The notes under the pieces were generated by a model that did not search any database, had not been told where the DNA came from, and was given only the letters and a program-made list of their open reading frames with translations. From NCBI RefSeq assembly GCF_048984525.1, contig NZ_JBMGJC010000002.1, forward strand, positions 1,078-33,077: 32,000 bases of DNA, given 5' to 3'. The translations under genes and the position numbers were made by a program. This stretch comes from Pelotomaculum propionicicum. GTDB lineage: Bacteria > Bacillota > Desulfotomaculia > Desulfotomaculales > Pelotomaculaceae. Positions within the stretch are counted from its first letter, which is position 1; the number at the start of each line of letters is the position of its first letter. This document shows, one piece after another, positions 1 to 8,796 of the stretch.

Positions 1-35
1 CCCTCAGAATTCTTTTTAATTGCTTCAATTTTCAT
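1..35 (-). CDS. 5' end of an unidentified gene running off the left edge (about 11 codons visible)
   Basis: Minus-strand ATG at 35-33 is preceded by AGGAGGG (complement of 41-47) at good spacing. It reads MKIEAIKKNSE.. to the window edge, too short to name. Confidence 0.3.
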   Translation of the reverse strand, partial: MKIEAIKKNSE

Positions 36-165
36 TATTATCCCTCCTGTTTTAGTATGCCCAAGAGGTTTTTCAATCCATTCCGCGAATTTGATTAAAA
101 CATTTTTATTTATCAGTACTATAGGTTATCTTATTAACAGGATACTTTTTGTGGTGGCGGATGAT

Positions 166-1245
166 ATGGACAAAACATCAAGGGGACTTTTGATTGCTGT
201 TATCCTGGCAGTGTTATTATACCTGGTATACCAGTTTTCCACGGGCTATCCCCTGGCAGAACGTTTAAAGCCGCCCGGGAAGAAACCAGCGCCTATTGCT
301 CCGGATAACGGCCAAAACGCTCCTGATACGGCTGACAGCCCCGAACGGGGCGCGGTAAGGGTGGCCGCTACAGTGTTCTGGTGCGAACCGGGACAGGCCA
401 GGGATTATGACAGGTCACTATTGAAAGAAAATAATGACCCCGCCGGCTGGGCCGGCGGAATGGATGGCGATATGCGTTTGTGGCTGGTGGGGAAAGCTGA
501 GACCATGGCCCTTTACGGTGAGCCGGTAGTAGTCCTGGAGCGCCGGGGCGACTGGGTAAAGGTTGCTGCCGAATCACAGAAAACATCGTTAAATGTCCTG
601 GGTTACCCGGGCTGGGTACCCGCTTCTCATATAGCAATCGACCATTTGTACAATAAAGAGCTAAAAAACCTGCCAAACGTCGTGGTGGCTGATAAATCAG
701 CCCTGATATTTAAAAATCCCGCACTGACAGAGCTGCGGGCGGAGGCCGGTTATATGACCAGGCTGCCCCTGCTGGAAGAGGGGGAACAGACAGTGACCGT
801 GCGGCTGCCGGGCGGGGATTGCGGTTACCTGTCCCGCGGATGTATAAAAAAAGCCAGTGATTTGTATTTTTCACAGGCCGGTATTGTTGAAGAGGCAAAA
901 AAATTTTTGAATTTGCGTTATATCTGGGCGGGCACGACGCCGTATGGATTTGACTGTTCCGGTTTTACCATGCGGTTGTACCAGTCGCAGGGTATATCCA
1001 TACCCCGGGATGCCGACGAGCAGGCCAGGGAGGGCACGGCTGTCGCCAGAGAGGACCTGCTGCCGGGAGACCTGGTTTTTTTCGCGGCCAAGGGAGGCCT
1101 CGGACAGATCCACCACGTCGGTATGTATATCGGAAACGGGATGATGATCCACTCCCCCAACAGCAGCTGCGCTGTAACTATACAAGCGGTGGAAAGCGGT
1201 GCCTACGGTGAGGAATACTGGGGTGCGAGGCGCTATGCCAATTGA
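166..1245 (+). CDS. NlpC/P60 (C40) peptidoglycan endopeptidase with N-terminal membrane anchor and SH3-like middle region
   Basis: C-terminal YIWAGTTPYGFDCSGF...HHVGMYIGNGMMIHSP is the NlpC/P60 Cys-His core. The ORF track starts at TTG 91, but ATG 166 (MDKTSRGLLIAVILAVLLYLVY) gives a classic signal anchor; the start is uncertain. Confidence 0.85.
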   Translation: MDKTSRGLLIAVILAVLLYLVYQFSTGYPLAERLKPPGKKPAPIAPDNGQNAPDTADSPERGAVRVAATVFWCEPGQARDYDRSLLKENNDPAGWAGGMDGDMRLWLVGKAETMALYGEPVVVLERRGDWVKVAAESQKTSLNVLGYPGWVPASHIAIDHLYNKELKNLPNVVVADKSALIFKNPALTELRAEAGYMTRLPLLEEGEQTVTVRLPGGDCGYLSRGCIKKASDLYFSQAGIVEEAKKFLNLRYIWAGTTPYGFDCSGFTMRLYQSQGISIPRDADEQAREGTAVAREDLLPGDLVFFAAKGGLGQIHHVGMYIGNGMMIHSPNSSCAVTIQAVESGAYGEEYWGARRYAN

Positions 1246-2369
1246 GTTATTAAATTATTTTTTTGCATCTTTTTAGCAGCTTCTATTTCTTCCTGGTCCA
1301 TGACCTTTAAAACGGTCTTTTCTTTTTGCAGTGAAAGATCAACGTCAATCGGCTCCGCTAACTTACCGCCAGCGTCGTCGTACAGTATTTTAACTTTGGG
1401 GTAAAGAGGAAAACCTTTTGGTGTTTCAACCACTATGGCGATTTCATTCGAGCTCAACCTGACCAGGGAACCGGCCGGATAAGCGGCGATGTTGCTGAGA
1501 AAAGCGAGTACCAGTTTATAGTCAAAGAAATAGTTGCCGGAACCGGCCAGCATTTCGTACGCCTCAAAGGGCGGGTGCGCCTTCCGGTAAACCCGGTCGG
1601 CGGTCATGGCGTCAAAAACGTCCGCTATCCCCACGATCTGAGAAAATTCGTGAATGCTGTTGCCGTTAAGCCCTTTCGGGTAACCTTCACCGTTATACCG
1701 CTCGTGATGCTGCAGCGCGATTATGGCGGACAGCACTTTTATGTTTGATTCGCCGTCGTTGAGAATAGTATATCCATATTCGGAATGCTGCTTAATAACA
1801 TTAAACTCTTCATCATTCAGTGGGCCCGGCTTATTGAGGATATAGGCGGGGATGAGGATTTTGCCCATGTCATGCATCAAAGAGCCCATGCCGAGTGTCA
1901 TCAGCTTTTTACGGTCGTATCCCAAAGAGATGCCGGTGATCAGAGAAAGCACACAAACATTTACCGAATGGCCGAAAAGGTAGTCATCAATACTGCGTAT
2001 GTCTATGAGGTTCACCATAAGGCTTGGGTTTTCAATTAACTGGTCAATTATGCCGCTGATAGTGGACCTGGACTCATTAATGAGGGCGTTATCCAGGCGG
2101 GATTTGGAAGATTTGTTCCCGCCGAGAATATTTCTGACCAGTTTTATAGCCGCTACTCTGCTCTTTTCATCAATAACATCACTGACATAAAAGTCAGGCA
2201 GACTGTCATCGATTATATAAAGAGCCGGGATGCCCAACCTTTTCAAACTGTCAATATAACCGTCATTAAGGACGACACCCCTGCTTATTAAAGTCTCACC
2301 CCTGCTGTTAAAAATATTGTGGCCTACTTTCATGCCCGGCTTAAGTAAATTAGTCGACACTCTTCTCAT
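1233..2369 (-). CDS. HD-GYP domain protein (putative c-di-GMP phosphodiesterase/signalling protein)
   Basis: HDMGK and HHERYNGEGYP motifs are present. GAGGTG RBS lies 5 nt upstream of ATG 2369. Confidence 0.85.
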   Translation of the reverse strand: MRRVSTNLLKPGMKVGHNIFNSRGETLISRGVVLNDGYIDSLKRLGIPALYIIDDSLPDFYVSDVIDEKSRVAAIKLVRNILGGNKSSKSRLDNALINESRSTISGIIDQLIENPSLMVNLIDIRSIDDYLFGHSVNVCVLSLITGISLGYDRKKLMTLGMGSLMHDMGKILIPAYILNKPGPLNDEEFNVIKQHSEYGYTILNDGESNIKVLSAIIALQHHERYNGEGYPKGLNGNSIHEFSQIVGIADVFDAMTADRVYRKAHPPFEAYEMLAGSGNYFFDYKLVLAFLSNIAAYPAGSLVRLSSNEIAIVVETPKGFPLYPKVKILYDDAGGKLAEPIDVDLSLQKEKTVLKVMDQEEIEAAKKMQKNNLITQLA

Positions 2370-2457
2370 AGCAACACCTCAAATTTTTACACAAATATGA
2401 CGTTAAAACTTCTCCTGTTAAGTTTTCGTCATAAAACGATAAATCTTTATAATCTAA

Positions 2458-2772
2458 TTACTCGTTATCATCATACATTTCACTAATCAGACAGGGTATA
2501 GAACCTGATACCAGTTCTCCTGTCTCCAATACCACGTAAATTAACCTGCCGACCGGGTTGTCTATAACCAGCTTGGGGTCAATCCAAACCTTTCTGCATT
2601 TTTCCTGCTCACAGGTGCCGTAATCGGAGCAGTGTCCGCAGCATATGCTCCCGCAGTCCTGGTTGTCCAAAAAATGGTCGGAGCATCTTGGAAGCCCGCT
2701 GTCTCCTTCTTTAGTGTATATATATTGGCAGCAGTCGGCTCTTTCTTTAACACTCAAATTTGTAAAGTCCAT
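2458..2772 (-). CDS. Cysteine-rich small protein, function unknown
   Basis: The ORF has 13 Cys in its N-terminal 65 aa (CC, CGSICCGHC, C..C patterns). GAGGAGAG RBS is 6 nt upstream of ATG 2772; the track's upstream start at 2787 lacks an RBS. Confidence 0.5.
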   Translation of the reverse strand: MDFTNLSVKERADCCQYIYTKEGDSGLPRCSDHFLDNQDCGSICCGHCSDYGTCEQEKCRKVWIDPKLVIDNPVGRLIYVVLETGELVSGSIPCLISEMYDDNE

Positions 2773-3156
2773 ATTTACTCTCCTCATTAATAAATTTAAT
2801 AATGTCAGAAGGGATCGCAGTATAATTTTATTTTATTCTTAACTAAGATCGGAAATCCTTTATTAAATTCACTCACCACTTATTTAGTATAAAAATAATT
2901 TTTAAGAGGCTGGAATGCTTGTGAACACATGCAGGGCAGATAATAAAAAAATTTAAGTGTTCTAGATGAAATAATAAATAAAATGAGGAAATAAACAATA
3001 ATTTATAGGTATAGGAGACTAAAAAAACATTGTTGAAAAAATATTTTTTGTGGTAAAAGCTCATTATTTGTTTTATATTGCTATAATAATTTAAAAAAAG
3101 CCTAGGCTAAACACTTTTTGAAAATTTACTCCGTAAAATAAAATTTCTAAGTATGT

Positions 3157-3185
3157 TTGACAAATGCTTAATTTTTTTTTATAAT
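3157..3185 (+). promoter_or_regulatory. Consensus sigma-A-type promoter (TTGACA - 17 nt - TATAAT)
   Basis: Exact TTGACA at 3157-3162 and TATAAT at 3180-3185 with a 17-nt spacer, about 35 nt upstream of the 3220 start. Confidence 0.6.
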
Positions 3186-3219
3186 CTATTAATAATACTA
3201 AAAAATGGGAGTGTTGAGA

Positions 3220-3546
3220 ATGCCTTTTGAAGTTTATAAACCTCGCGGTGAAAGAGTGCCTAAATTGCCATTGGTGACTATATCAAAGAATTCTATAGTA
3301 TTAAACAAACATGCCCGTGAAAAGTTGAATACAGAAAAAGTTGAGTTAGCTTATGACAAAGAAAAGAATGTTATCAGGATAAAAGCTACAGAAGACGGTC
3401 AAAATATCAAAAAGACGAAAGTATTTAGCAGAGGATTTTTTAATCATTTTTACATAGGCGCTAAAGGTAAATATCAGGCAAAATATGACGAAAAAGAAAA
3501 TGCACTTTATGTAAACCTTGATCAAAACATGGAAAGCCCGCAGTAA
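3220..3546 (+). CDS. Small Lys-rich protein of unknown function inside an AT-rich islet
   Basis: GGGAG RBS is 8 nt upstream of ATG 3220. The ORF is followed by a hairpin terminator. No motif I can name; a weak AbrB/SpoVT-like feel only. Confidence 0.5.
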   Translation: MPFEVYKPRGERVPKLPLVTISKNSIVLNKHAREKLNTEKVELAYDKEKNVIRIKATEDGQNIKKTKVFSRGFFNHFYIGAKGKYQAKYDEKENALYVNLDQNMESPQ

Positions 3547-3556
3547 TGCGGGCTTT
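3533..3556 (+). terminator. Hairpin terminator of the 3220-3546 gene
   Basis: AAAGCCCGC-agtaat-GCGGGCTTT perfect 9-bp stem. The stop codon lies in the loop and the U-tract is short. Confidence 0.55.
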
Positions 3557-3565
3557 ACTGATTTC

Positions 3566-3667
3566 TTAACCAAAACGGCCGGTGATGTAATCTTCTGTTC
3601 GTTGATCTAAAGGTTTTGTGAATAAGGAGCAGGTATCAGGTATCCCCGCACTCAACCAGTTCGCCAT
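3566..3667 (-). pseudogene. pstB: 3'-terminal ghost of a pstB-type phosphate ABC transporter ATPase gene
   Basis: The minus strand reads ..SLFTKPLDQRTEDYITGRFG*. TEDYITGR(F/Y)G is the characteristic extreme C-terminus of PstB. Nothing PstB-like lies upstream of it. Confidence 0.5.
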
Positions 3668-3792
3668 TAAAAATCCCTTTCAATATCAATGTTCAGTAAT
3701 GGCCTTTTATCGAACCAGCCCCAATCATTTTTTGCATGGTTATCAGGGGGTTTTAATGTATAATTGTGATATGAGTAAAACGAGGTGTAATT

Positions 3793-4311
3793 ATGAACCA
3801 GCGGTTTTTTTACTGCCCGAAATGCGGCGGCAGCCTGGAATATAGAAGTTACGGGGAAAGAGAAAGGCTGACCTGCACGGTCTGTAAATATATCTTTTAT
3901 GAAAACCCTGTCGTGGGGGTAGCGGTAATAGTACTTAATAAAGACGGGCAGATCCTCCTGGGCAGGAGAAACGGAAGCTACAGCGGCTTGTGGTGTATAC
4001 CCTGCGGCTATGTTGAGTATGACGAGGACGTATTTGACGCGGCTGCCCGCGAATTTAAGGAAGAGACCAACCTGGACGTTAAGATTAACGGGGTTTATAC
4101 GGTACAGTCAAATTTTCATAACCCGGAAACGCATACTGTGGGGATCTGGTTTATGGCCGAGGTCACAGGCGGTGAATTAACAGCGCAGGCTGACCTGGAC
4201 GCGGTGGGATACTTCGACCTGGCCGCGCCCCCCGAACTGGCTTTCCCGACTGACAGCCTGGTGATCGAAAGCCTGCGGAGCAAGGTGGATTTTTGCCCCT
4301 CTCCAAAATAA
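3793..4311 (+). CDS. NUDIX hydrolase with N-terminal zinc ribbon
   Basis: Nudix box GYVEYDEDVFDAAAREFKEETNL. N-terminal CPKCG...CTVC. GAGGTG RBS. Confidence 0.85.
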   Translation: MNQRFFYCPKCGGSLEYRSYGERERLTCTVCKYIFYENPVVGVAVIVLNKDGQILLGRRNGSYSGLWCIPCGYVEYDEDVFDAAAREFKEETNLDVKINGVYTVQSNFHNPETHTVGIWFMAEVTGGELTAQADLDAVGYFDLAAPPELAFPTDSLVIESLRSKVDFCPSPK

Positions 4312-4491
4312 TTTACCTTAATGGACATGATTTTGTTTACCGTAGAACAAATCCTTTGCCACTATTCAAGATATATTCATGTATAGAACTTGAGCCATAA
4401 TCTGTTTGTCAACTGGAAAGGGAGATCATAAAGTTATGTCGAATACCATTTGAGTTAATAATGGGGAATTTTATATTCACTTGGAAACGGG

Positions 4492-4773
4492 ATGTACAAT
4501 ATGCAGCATTATATAATACCGGCCGCCGGCCTGACTGTTTTCTCTTTCATATGCAACCTGCCGCTGGGACGGTGGCGCTCCACGGTTAAAAAGTTTTCTG
4601 TTAACTGGTTTTTAGCCGTACACCTGTCTATACCTCTGATTATCTTCCTCCGGTTAAAACTGGGCCTCAGCGCCTGGGATATTCCGCTGAACCTGGCGGC
4701 CGCGGTGGCCGGTCAGTTTGTGGGAGGCTCTGCATGGTACAGGGAAGGGAGAAGCCGGAGCACAAACGTATAA
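4492..4773 (+). CDS. Small integral membrane protein, unknown function
   Basis: Three hydrophobic segments. It ends just before the shared bidirectional terminator. The RBS is weak. Confidence 0.5.
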   Translation: MYNMQHYIIPAAGLTVFSFICNLPLGRWRSTVKKFSVNWFLAVHLSIPLIIFLRLKLGLSAWDIPLNLAAAVAGQFVGGSAWYREGRSRSTNV

Positions 4774-4811
4774 AAACTTAATAATTTAGGTACCAGGTAC
4801 CAAAGATAAAT

Positions 4812-4842
4812 AAAAAGAGGCAGCTGTCAGCTGCCTCTTTTT
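4812..4842. terminator. Bidirectional rho-independent terminator between convergent genes
   Basis: AAAAAGAGGCAGCTG-t-CAGCTGCCTCTTTTT is a palindromic GC stem flanked by an A-run and a T-run. Confidence 0.8.
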
Positions 4843-4850
4843 CATCAGTT

Positions 4851-5147
4851 TTAGTAGGTCTGCACCTGGCGGAAACAGTCGCTGCAGTATACAGGCCTGT
4901 CTCCACTCGGCTGGAAAGGAACCTCGGTGTCTTTCCCGCAGCTGGCGCATACCACAGGGTACATTTGGCGCCTCTGGCGGAAACCGCCGCCGGTATTCCG
5001 TCTCTCGTTTTTCCGGGCTGCGCGGCAGCTCGGGCAACGACCAGGATCATTGGTGAATCCTTTTTCAGCATAGAATTCCTGCTCCGATGCGGAGAAAGTG
5101 AATTCATTGCCACAGTCGCGGCATGTCAGATAACGGTCTTGATACAT
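4851..5147 (-). CDS. Zinc-ribbon protein (two CxxC...CxxC units)
   Basis: CRDCG..CPSC and CASCG..CSDC pairs separated by a basic Gly/Arg linker. This resembles the widespread small zinc-ribbon family of Firmicutes and Deltaproteobacteria. Confidence 0.7.
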   Translation of the reverse strand: MYQDRYLTCRDCGNEFTFSASEQEFYAEKGFTNDPGRCPSCRAARKNERRNTGGGFRQRRQMYPVVCASCGKDTEVPFQPSGDRPVYCSDCFRQVQTY

Positions 5148-5265
5148 TAAAAAACCCCCTCGAATAATTTTAGCCCCATTGGATTAGGATGTTCAAATTG
5201 AGTTCCCTAACCAACGTAACAGGCTGAGAGAGGGAATTGACAGACCTAACCGTGAGAACCGTTTA

Positions 5266-5294
5266 ATTCTAACACAACATTTCCCAAAAGTCAA
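5266..5294 (-). promoter_or_regulatory. Candidate sigma-A promoter for the zinc-ribbon gene (TTGACT - 17 nt - TAGAAT on minus strand)
   Basis: Complement of 5289-5294 is TTGACT and complement of 5266-5271 is TAGAAT, with a 17-nt spacer. It implies a leader of about 110 nt. Confidence 0.4.
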
Positions 5295-5323
5295 ATATTT
5301 CAAGATGTAAAACTGTATAAAAA

Positions 5324-6826
5324 TTATATGTCAAGCAGAATATTTTTTACAACCTCAGCCATATTATCCCTGGCTGTGCTTGTCTTATGCAGGACCGGTT
5401 TCCGGTCCAGGTCCTTAAGCCCCGGCGGAATATCCGAACCGCTGGCTTTTGATAAGACCTGTAAAAGTTCGAACTCGTCTTTCCCCCTGGTTGCTTCATC
5501 ACCCAGGATGGCTTTGACGACGCTTTCGTTAAACTTGAACGGGCTGGCAGTAGAGGCAACAACTGTTTTTGCGGTGTCTCCCGTGGCGCCGGTGTATTTT
5601 TCGTAGACTTTCATGCCAACCGCGGTGTGAGTATCCATAATGTACCCGTTAATCTGGTAAACTGACCTGATCGTCTCGATCGTTTCCCTGTCATCAGCAT
5701 AATCCGACCACAGTATTTCCTGTAATTTGTCCCTGGTAGGCGCGTCAACCTGGTAGGACCCCGTCCCGTTTAAGTCGGCCATCCACTGGCGCACCCTGGC
5801 GGGGTCGCGCCCGGCGAGATGATAGAGCAGGCGTTCCAGGTTGCTTGAAATTAAAATGTCCATGGAAGGGGAGATAGTCTTAACAAAGTTTCTGCTCCGG
5901 TTGTATATGCCGGTGCGGATAAAATCAGTCAGCACGTTGTTTGAGTTGGCCGCGCAGATAAGCCTGTTGACCGGCAGGCCCATTTCCTTGGCGTAATATG
6001 CAGCAAGGATGTTGCCGAAGTTGCCTGTCGGGACCACGAAGTTAATTTTATCACCAATGGAGATAACATTTTTCGCGGCCAGGTCAAGGTAGGCTGAAAA
6101 ATAGTACACTATCTGGGGCGCCAGCCTGCCCCAGTTGATAGAATTGGCTGAAGAAAGCCTGTAATTGGATTTTTGCAGATCCAGGTTATAGCCCTCGTCC
6201 GCAAAAATTTTTTTAACCCCGGACTGCGCGTCGTCAAAGTTGCCCCGGACCGCGACGACTGCCACATTGCCGCCTTCCTGGGTAATCATCTGCAGTTTCT
6301 GGACCTCGCTGACGCCCTGCTCCGGGTAGAAAACGATAATCCTGGTGCCGGGCACATCTTTGAAACCTTCCAGGGCGGCTTTGCCGGTATCTCCGGAGGT
6401 GGCCACCAGAATTACAATAGTAGATTTCTCTCCGGTTTTAACGGCCGCCTTGGTCAGGAGATGGGGCAGGATCTGCAGGGCCATATCTTTAAAGGCGCAG
6501 GTGGGGCCGTGCCAGAGTTCAAGTATGTACAGCGAGTCGTTCAGCCTGTGGACCGGGGCAAAATATGGCGAGTCAAAACTCTCAGTATTGTAGGCCAGCT
6601 TCACGCACTCCCTGATTTCTTCTTCAGAATAATCGTCCAGGTATTCCTTTAATATTAAATATGCCCGTTCCCGGTAATCAAGGTTAACCATATCGAGCAG
6701 CATTTTCCTGTCAAAAACCACGTTTTCACTGGGGACGAACAGCCCTCCGTCAGGTGATATGCCAAGCTTGACAGCCTCTGCCGCCGATACCCGCCTGTAA
6801 TTGCCCCTGGTGCTTTCGTAGAGCAT
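5324..6826 (-). CDS. thrC: Threonine synthase (long form)
   Basis: N-terminal MLYESTRG...GGLFVP and the PLP-lysine context CAFKDMALQ, within a 500-aa length typical of the long ThrC class. Confidence 0.9.
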   Translation of the reverse strand: MLYESTRGNYRRVSAAEAVKLGISPDGGLFVPSENVVFDRKMLLDMVNLDYRERAYLILKEYLDDYSEEEIRECVKLAYNTESFDSPYFAPVHRLNDSLYILELWHGPTCAFKDMALQILPHLLTKAAVKTGEKSTIVILVATSGDTGKAALEGFKDVPGTRIIVFYPEQGVSEVQKLQMITQEGGNVAVVAVRGNFDDAQSGVKKIFADEGYNLDLQKSNYRLSSANSINWGRLAPQIVYYFSAYLDLAAKNVISIGDKINFVVPTGNFGNILAAYYAKEMGLPVNRLICAANSNNVLTDFIRTGIYNRSRNFVKTISPSMDILISSNLERLLYHLAGRDPARVRQWMADLNGTGSYQVDAPTRDKLQEILWSDYADDRETIETIRSVYQINGYIMDTHTAVGMKVYEKYTGATGDTAKTVVASTASPFKFNESVVKAILGDEATRGKDEFELLQVLSKASGSDIPPGLKDLDRKPVLHKTSTARDNMAEVVKNILLDI

Positions 6827-6920
6827 CTTTTTATTTGCCTCCTGAAAAATGATAGCGACATTAACATTAAACTATATAAACACCTGATAGTAAAGGATTA
6901 AATGAAAAAGCCCCTCCCAG

Positions 6921-7262
6921 CTATTTTAGCTTATATCTGGAAGCTATATTTTCAATTTTTTCCCAAAGCACCTTTATCTCTTCCGGAGATCTTCCTTCTT
7001 TTTCCCATTCATTAATAACCTTAATGTAATGAACAATAATATCCATGTACTTTGAAGGAGTTAAAATGTTGGTTCTCCCGAGTAAATAGTCAGTACTGAC
7101 ATTGAAGTAGTCCGCTATTCTTTGAAGTGTTGCATAATCAGGTTCCCGTTGTCCTATTTCATACATCGATAATGCGCCTCTAGATATTTTAAGTATTTTT
7201 GCAAGTTTAATTTGGGTTAATTTCTTTGATTTTCTTAAGGAAATGAGCCTTTTTTTAAACAT
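6921..7262 (-). CDS. XRE-family helix-turn-helix repressor-like protein, divergent from the tail cluster
   Basis: LTQIKLAKILKISRGALSMYEIGQREPDYATLQRIADYFNVSTDYLLGRT is a canonical HTH_XRE. GAGGG RBS is 6 nt before ATG 7262. Its position matches xre of PBSX. Confidence 0.8.
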   Translation of the reverse strand: MFKKRLISLRKSKKLTQIKLAKILKISRGALSMYEIGQREPDYATLQRIADYFNVSTDYLLGRTNILTPSKYMDIIVHYIKVINEWEKEGRSPEEIKVLWEKIENIASRYKLK

Positions 7263-7305
7263 TATCAACCCTCACTAATTCGCTAAAATACGACAATATA
7301 TTTCA

Positions 7306-7334
7306 TTGACTGCCACGAAACGTTGCATTATTAT
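7306..7334 (+). promoter_or_regulatory. Candidate sigma-A promoter pointing into the tail cluster (TTGACT - 17 nt - TATTAT)
   Basis: Hexamers at 7306-7311 and 7329-7334 with a 17-nt spacer, in the divergent region next to the Xre-like gene. Confidence 0.35.
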
Positions 7335-7469
7335 AAAACAAAATATTTCAATTTTCTACACCTTTAGAATGATAATCTTAATTTTTTTTATTCAGTATTT
7401 TACATATTAAAGTAGATATGTATAAAAATTCTGATAATATTATAAATCTACCAATTCTATATAATTATA

Positions 7470-7570
7470 ATCTTTTGGAGTTAAATCAACTAGAAATACA
7501 TAACCGGTAGTTGGACAGGATTGTGGAGTACAGCTTGAAGCTGGCGGTTAAAACAGTCTGCATGATAAGG
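7470..7570 (+). pseudogene. Ghost 1: decayed copy of the last ~100 nt of the activator gene
   Basis: tagaaatacataaccggtagttggacaggattgtggagtacagc.. aligns with 8583-8630 (tagaaatacatttacccggtggtgggacagaattgtagagtacacgg..). The reading frame is broken. Confidence 0.5.
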
Positions 7571-7591
7571 TTGAAAAATTTTTAGTTTTTA

Positions 7592-7670
7592 TCTGCACGG
7601 TGCCGCAAGAGTTAAAAGCCGATCCATAATGCTATTAAGGGAGCTGCCGCCAAGGCGGCTTTATTGTATA
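7592..7670 (+). promoter_or_regulatory. Conserved box/promoter-like element, copy 1
   Basis: TCTGCACGGTGCCGCA (7592-7607), 17 nt, CATAAT (7625-7630). Then hairpin GCCGCC/GGCGGC (7646-7659) followed by CTTTATTGT. Confidence 0.55.
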
Positions 7671-7981
7671 CCAAATTTTTTATATTTTCATCAGTATAAA
7701 GCTTTAATAACGGAAAAGAACGTGAAAATATAAAAACCTATTGATAGGATATTACCATTTTGGTAATATATTATATGTATAAAGAACATATGTTCGATCT
7801 CAAGTGTAGGACTTTTACTTATCCCGGGATAATTCCTGTTCCTTGTATTACATTCAAAAAGTAGTACAAGGGCTATAAATAGGTAACTAAAAACATTAAT
7901 AAGAAGTATTTGATAATAGAGCATGTTTCTGTTTACGGGGCTTAGCTAATAGAACTAATAAAACTAAGAGCGCGAAATTAG

Positions 7982-8004
7982 GCGCGGACATGGTATCCGC
8001 GCCC
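7982..8004 (+). other. Isolated GC-rich hairpin in the AT-rich spacer upstream of the activator gene
   Basis: GGCGCGGA-catggta-TCCGCGCC is a perfect 8-bp stem. The following U-tract is weak, so its function is uncertain. Confidence 0.3.
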
Positions 8005-8172
8005 AATCTTTACTGAAACGGATAGATAATTCAAGACACTCAGCTTCGCTCAAATAAGTTATTTATTCGCTAAAACAGATTGGCTAGGCGTCTTCAACAA
8101 AGGGTAATACTTTGGCCAGCACGGCTAAAAAGACAGGCCTTAACAAACGAAGCTTTAAAAGGAGGCAGATAA

Positions 8173-8664
8173 ATGGAGGTAGCTCTTTTTGAAAGTGAAA
8201 TACGGGAAGATAATAAAATCGTGTCAGCCTGGCTTCTGTACTATCCTGAGCGAAGAAAGGAATACTGGCGCCGGAGAGAAGAGATAATCCACAACTCTGC
8301 CCCCCTTTATAATAGCGTGCCCGGCGGGAAAAATAAAATAGGAGATCCTACCGGGAGAAAGGGCCAGAAGTTGGCGGATCTCCAAGAAACCGAACGATGG
8401 CTGGAACTGGTGGAAGAAGTAGAGCGGCGACTGTCTTGGAAAATGCAAGTCTTTTTGAACCTCCGCAGGGAGTATCGGCATGCCAGGGGACGACAGGGGT
8501 GGACGGCGGCAGTACAGTGGAGGTTTTCACATGAAGTTGCCGAGCGGTTGGGGAAGAGACCGGAGGATACATGGGTTGAGAGTAGAAATACATTTACCCG
8601 GTGGTGGGACAGAATTGTAGAGTACACGGTAAGATTGGCTGCAAAAAACGGTTTACTATGTTAG
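8173..8664 (+). CDS. RinA/ArpU/Xpf-type sigma-like late-gene transcriptional activator
   Basis: 163 aa. It shows the N-terminal Y..ERRKEY pattern, a central G(D)PTG..G patch and a C-terminal HTH-like SRNTFTRWWDRIVEYTVRLAAKNG. AAGGAGG RBS. It sits where xpf sits in PBSX. Confidence 0.7.
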   Translation: MEVALFESEIREDNKIVSAWLLYYPERRKEYWRRREEIIHNSAPLYNSVPGGKNKIGDPTGRKGQKLADLQETERWLELVEEVERRLSWKMQVFLNLRREYRHARGRQGWTAAVQWRFSHEVAERLGKRPEDTWVESRNTFTRWWDRIVEYTVRLAAKNGLLC

Positions 8665-8691
8665 GTTTTAGAATTTGTTCTGTTAATTTAT

Positions 8692-8775
8692 TTCTGCACT
8701 GTGCCACAATAGGTAAAAACCGATCAATAATTGTTATTAAGTAAGCCGCTGCCTAGGCGGCTTTGGTATTTTTAT
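8692..8775 (+). promoter_or_regulatory. Conserved box/promoter-like element, copy 2
   Basis: TTCTGCACTGTGCCACA (8692-8708), 17 nt, AATAAT (8726-8731). Then hairpin AAGCCGC-tgcctag-GCGGCTT (8743-8763) followed by TGGTATTTTTAT. Confidence 0.55.
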
Positions 8776-8796
8776 GTTTATTGCAGGTGGTTAGAA

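Noticed and set aside
3618-3845. 75-aa plus-strand ORF overlapping the NUDIX start.
   Set aside because: It has no RBS. It overlaps the pstB ghost on the other strand and the well-supported NUDIX gene start.
4778-5150. Several ORFs overlapping the zinc-ribbon gene (4778-5113, 4786-5037, 4965-5150).
   Set aside because: They are alternative frames of the same GC-rich stretch. Only 4851-5147 shows paired CxxC motifs and sits correctly between a promoter-like site and the terminator.
6827-6920. Possible attL/attR pair (aaacacctgatagtaaagga at ~6871-6890 vs atacaccttaagataaagca at ~26103-26122).
   Set aside because: Only about 14/20 matches in AT-rich sequence. There is no integrase or tRNA target, so this is indistinguishable from chance.
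7306-7320. A fifth copy of the conserved box, because TTGACTGCCACGAAA contains TGCCAC.
   Set aside because: Only a 6-nt match. It lacks the TCTGCAC half, the AAAAG spacer core and the downstream hairpin, so I treat it as coincidental overlap with an ordinary -35 hexamer.
7691-7924. 77-aa minus-strand ORF in the AT-rich spacer between the repressor and the activator.
   Set aside because: It has an extremely AT-driven composition (Ile/Phe/Tyr/Asn-rich), no RBS and no recognisable motif. It is most likely non-coding regulatory spacer.
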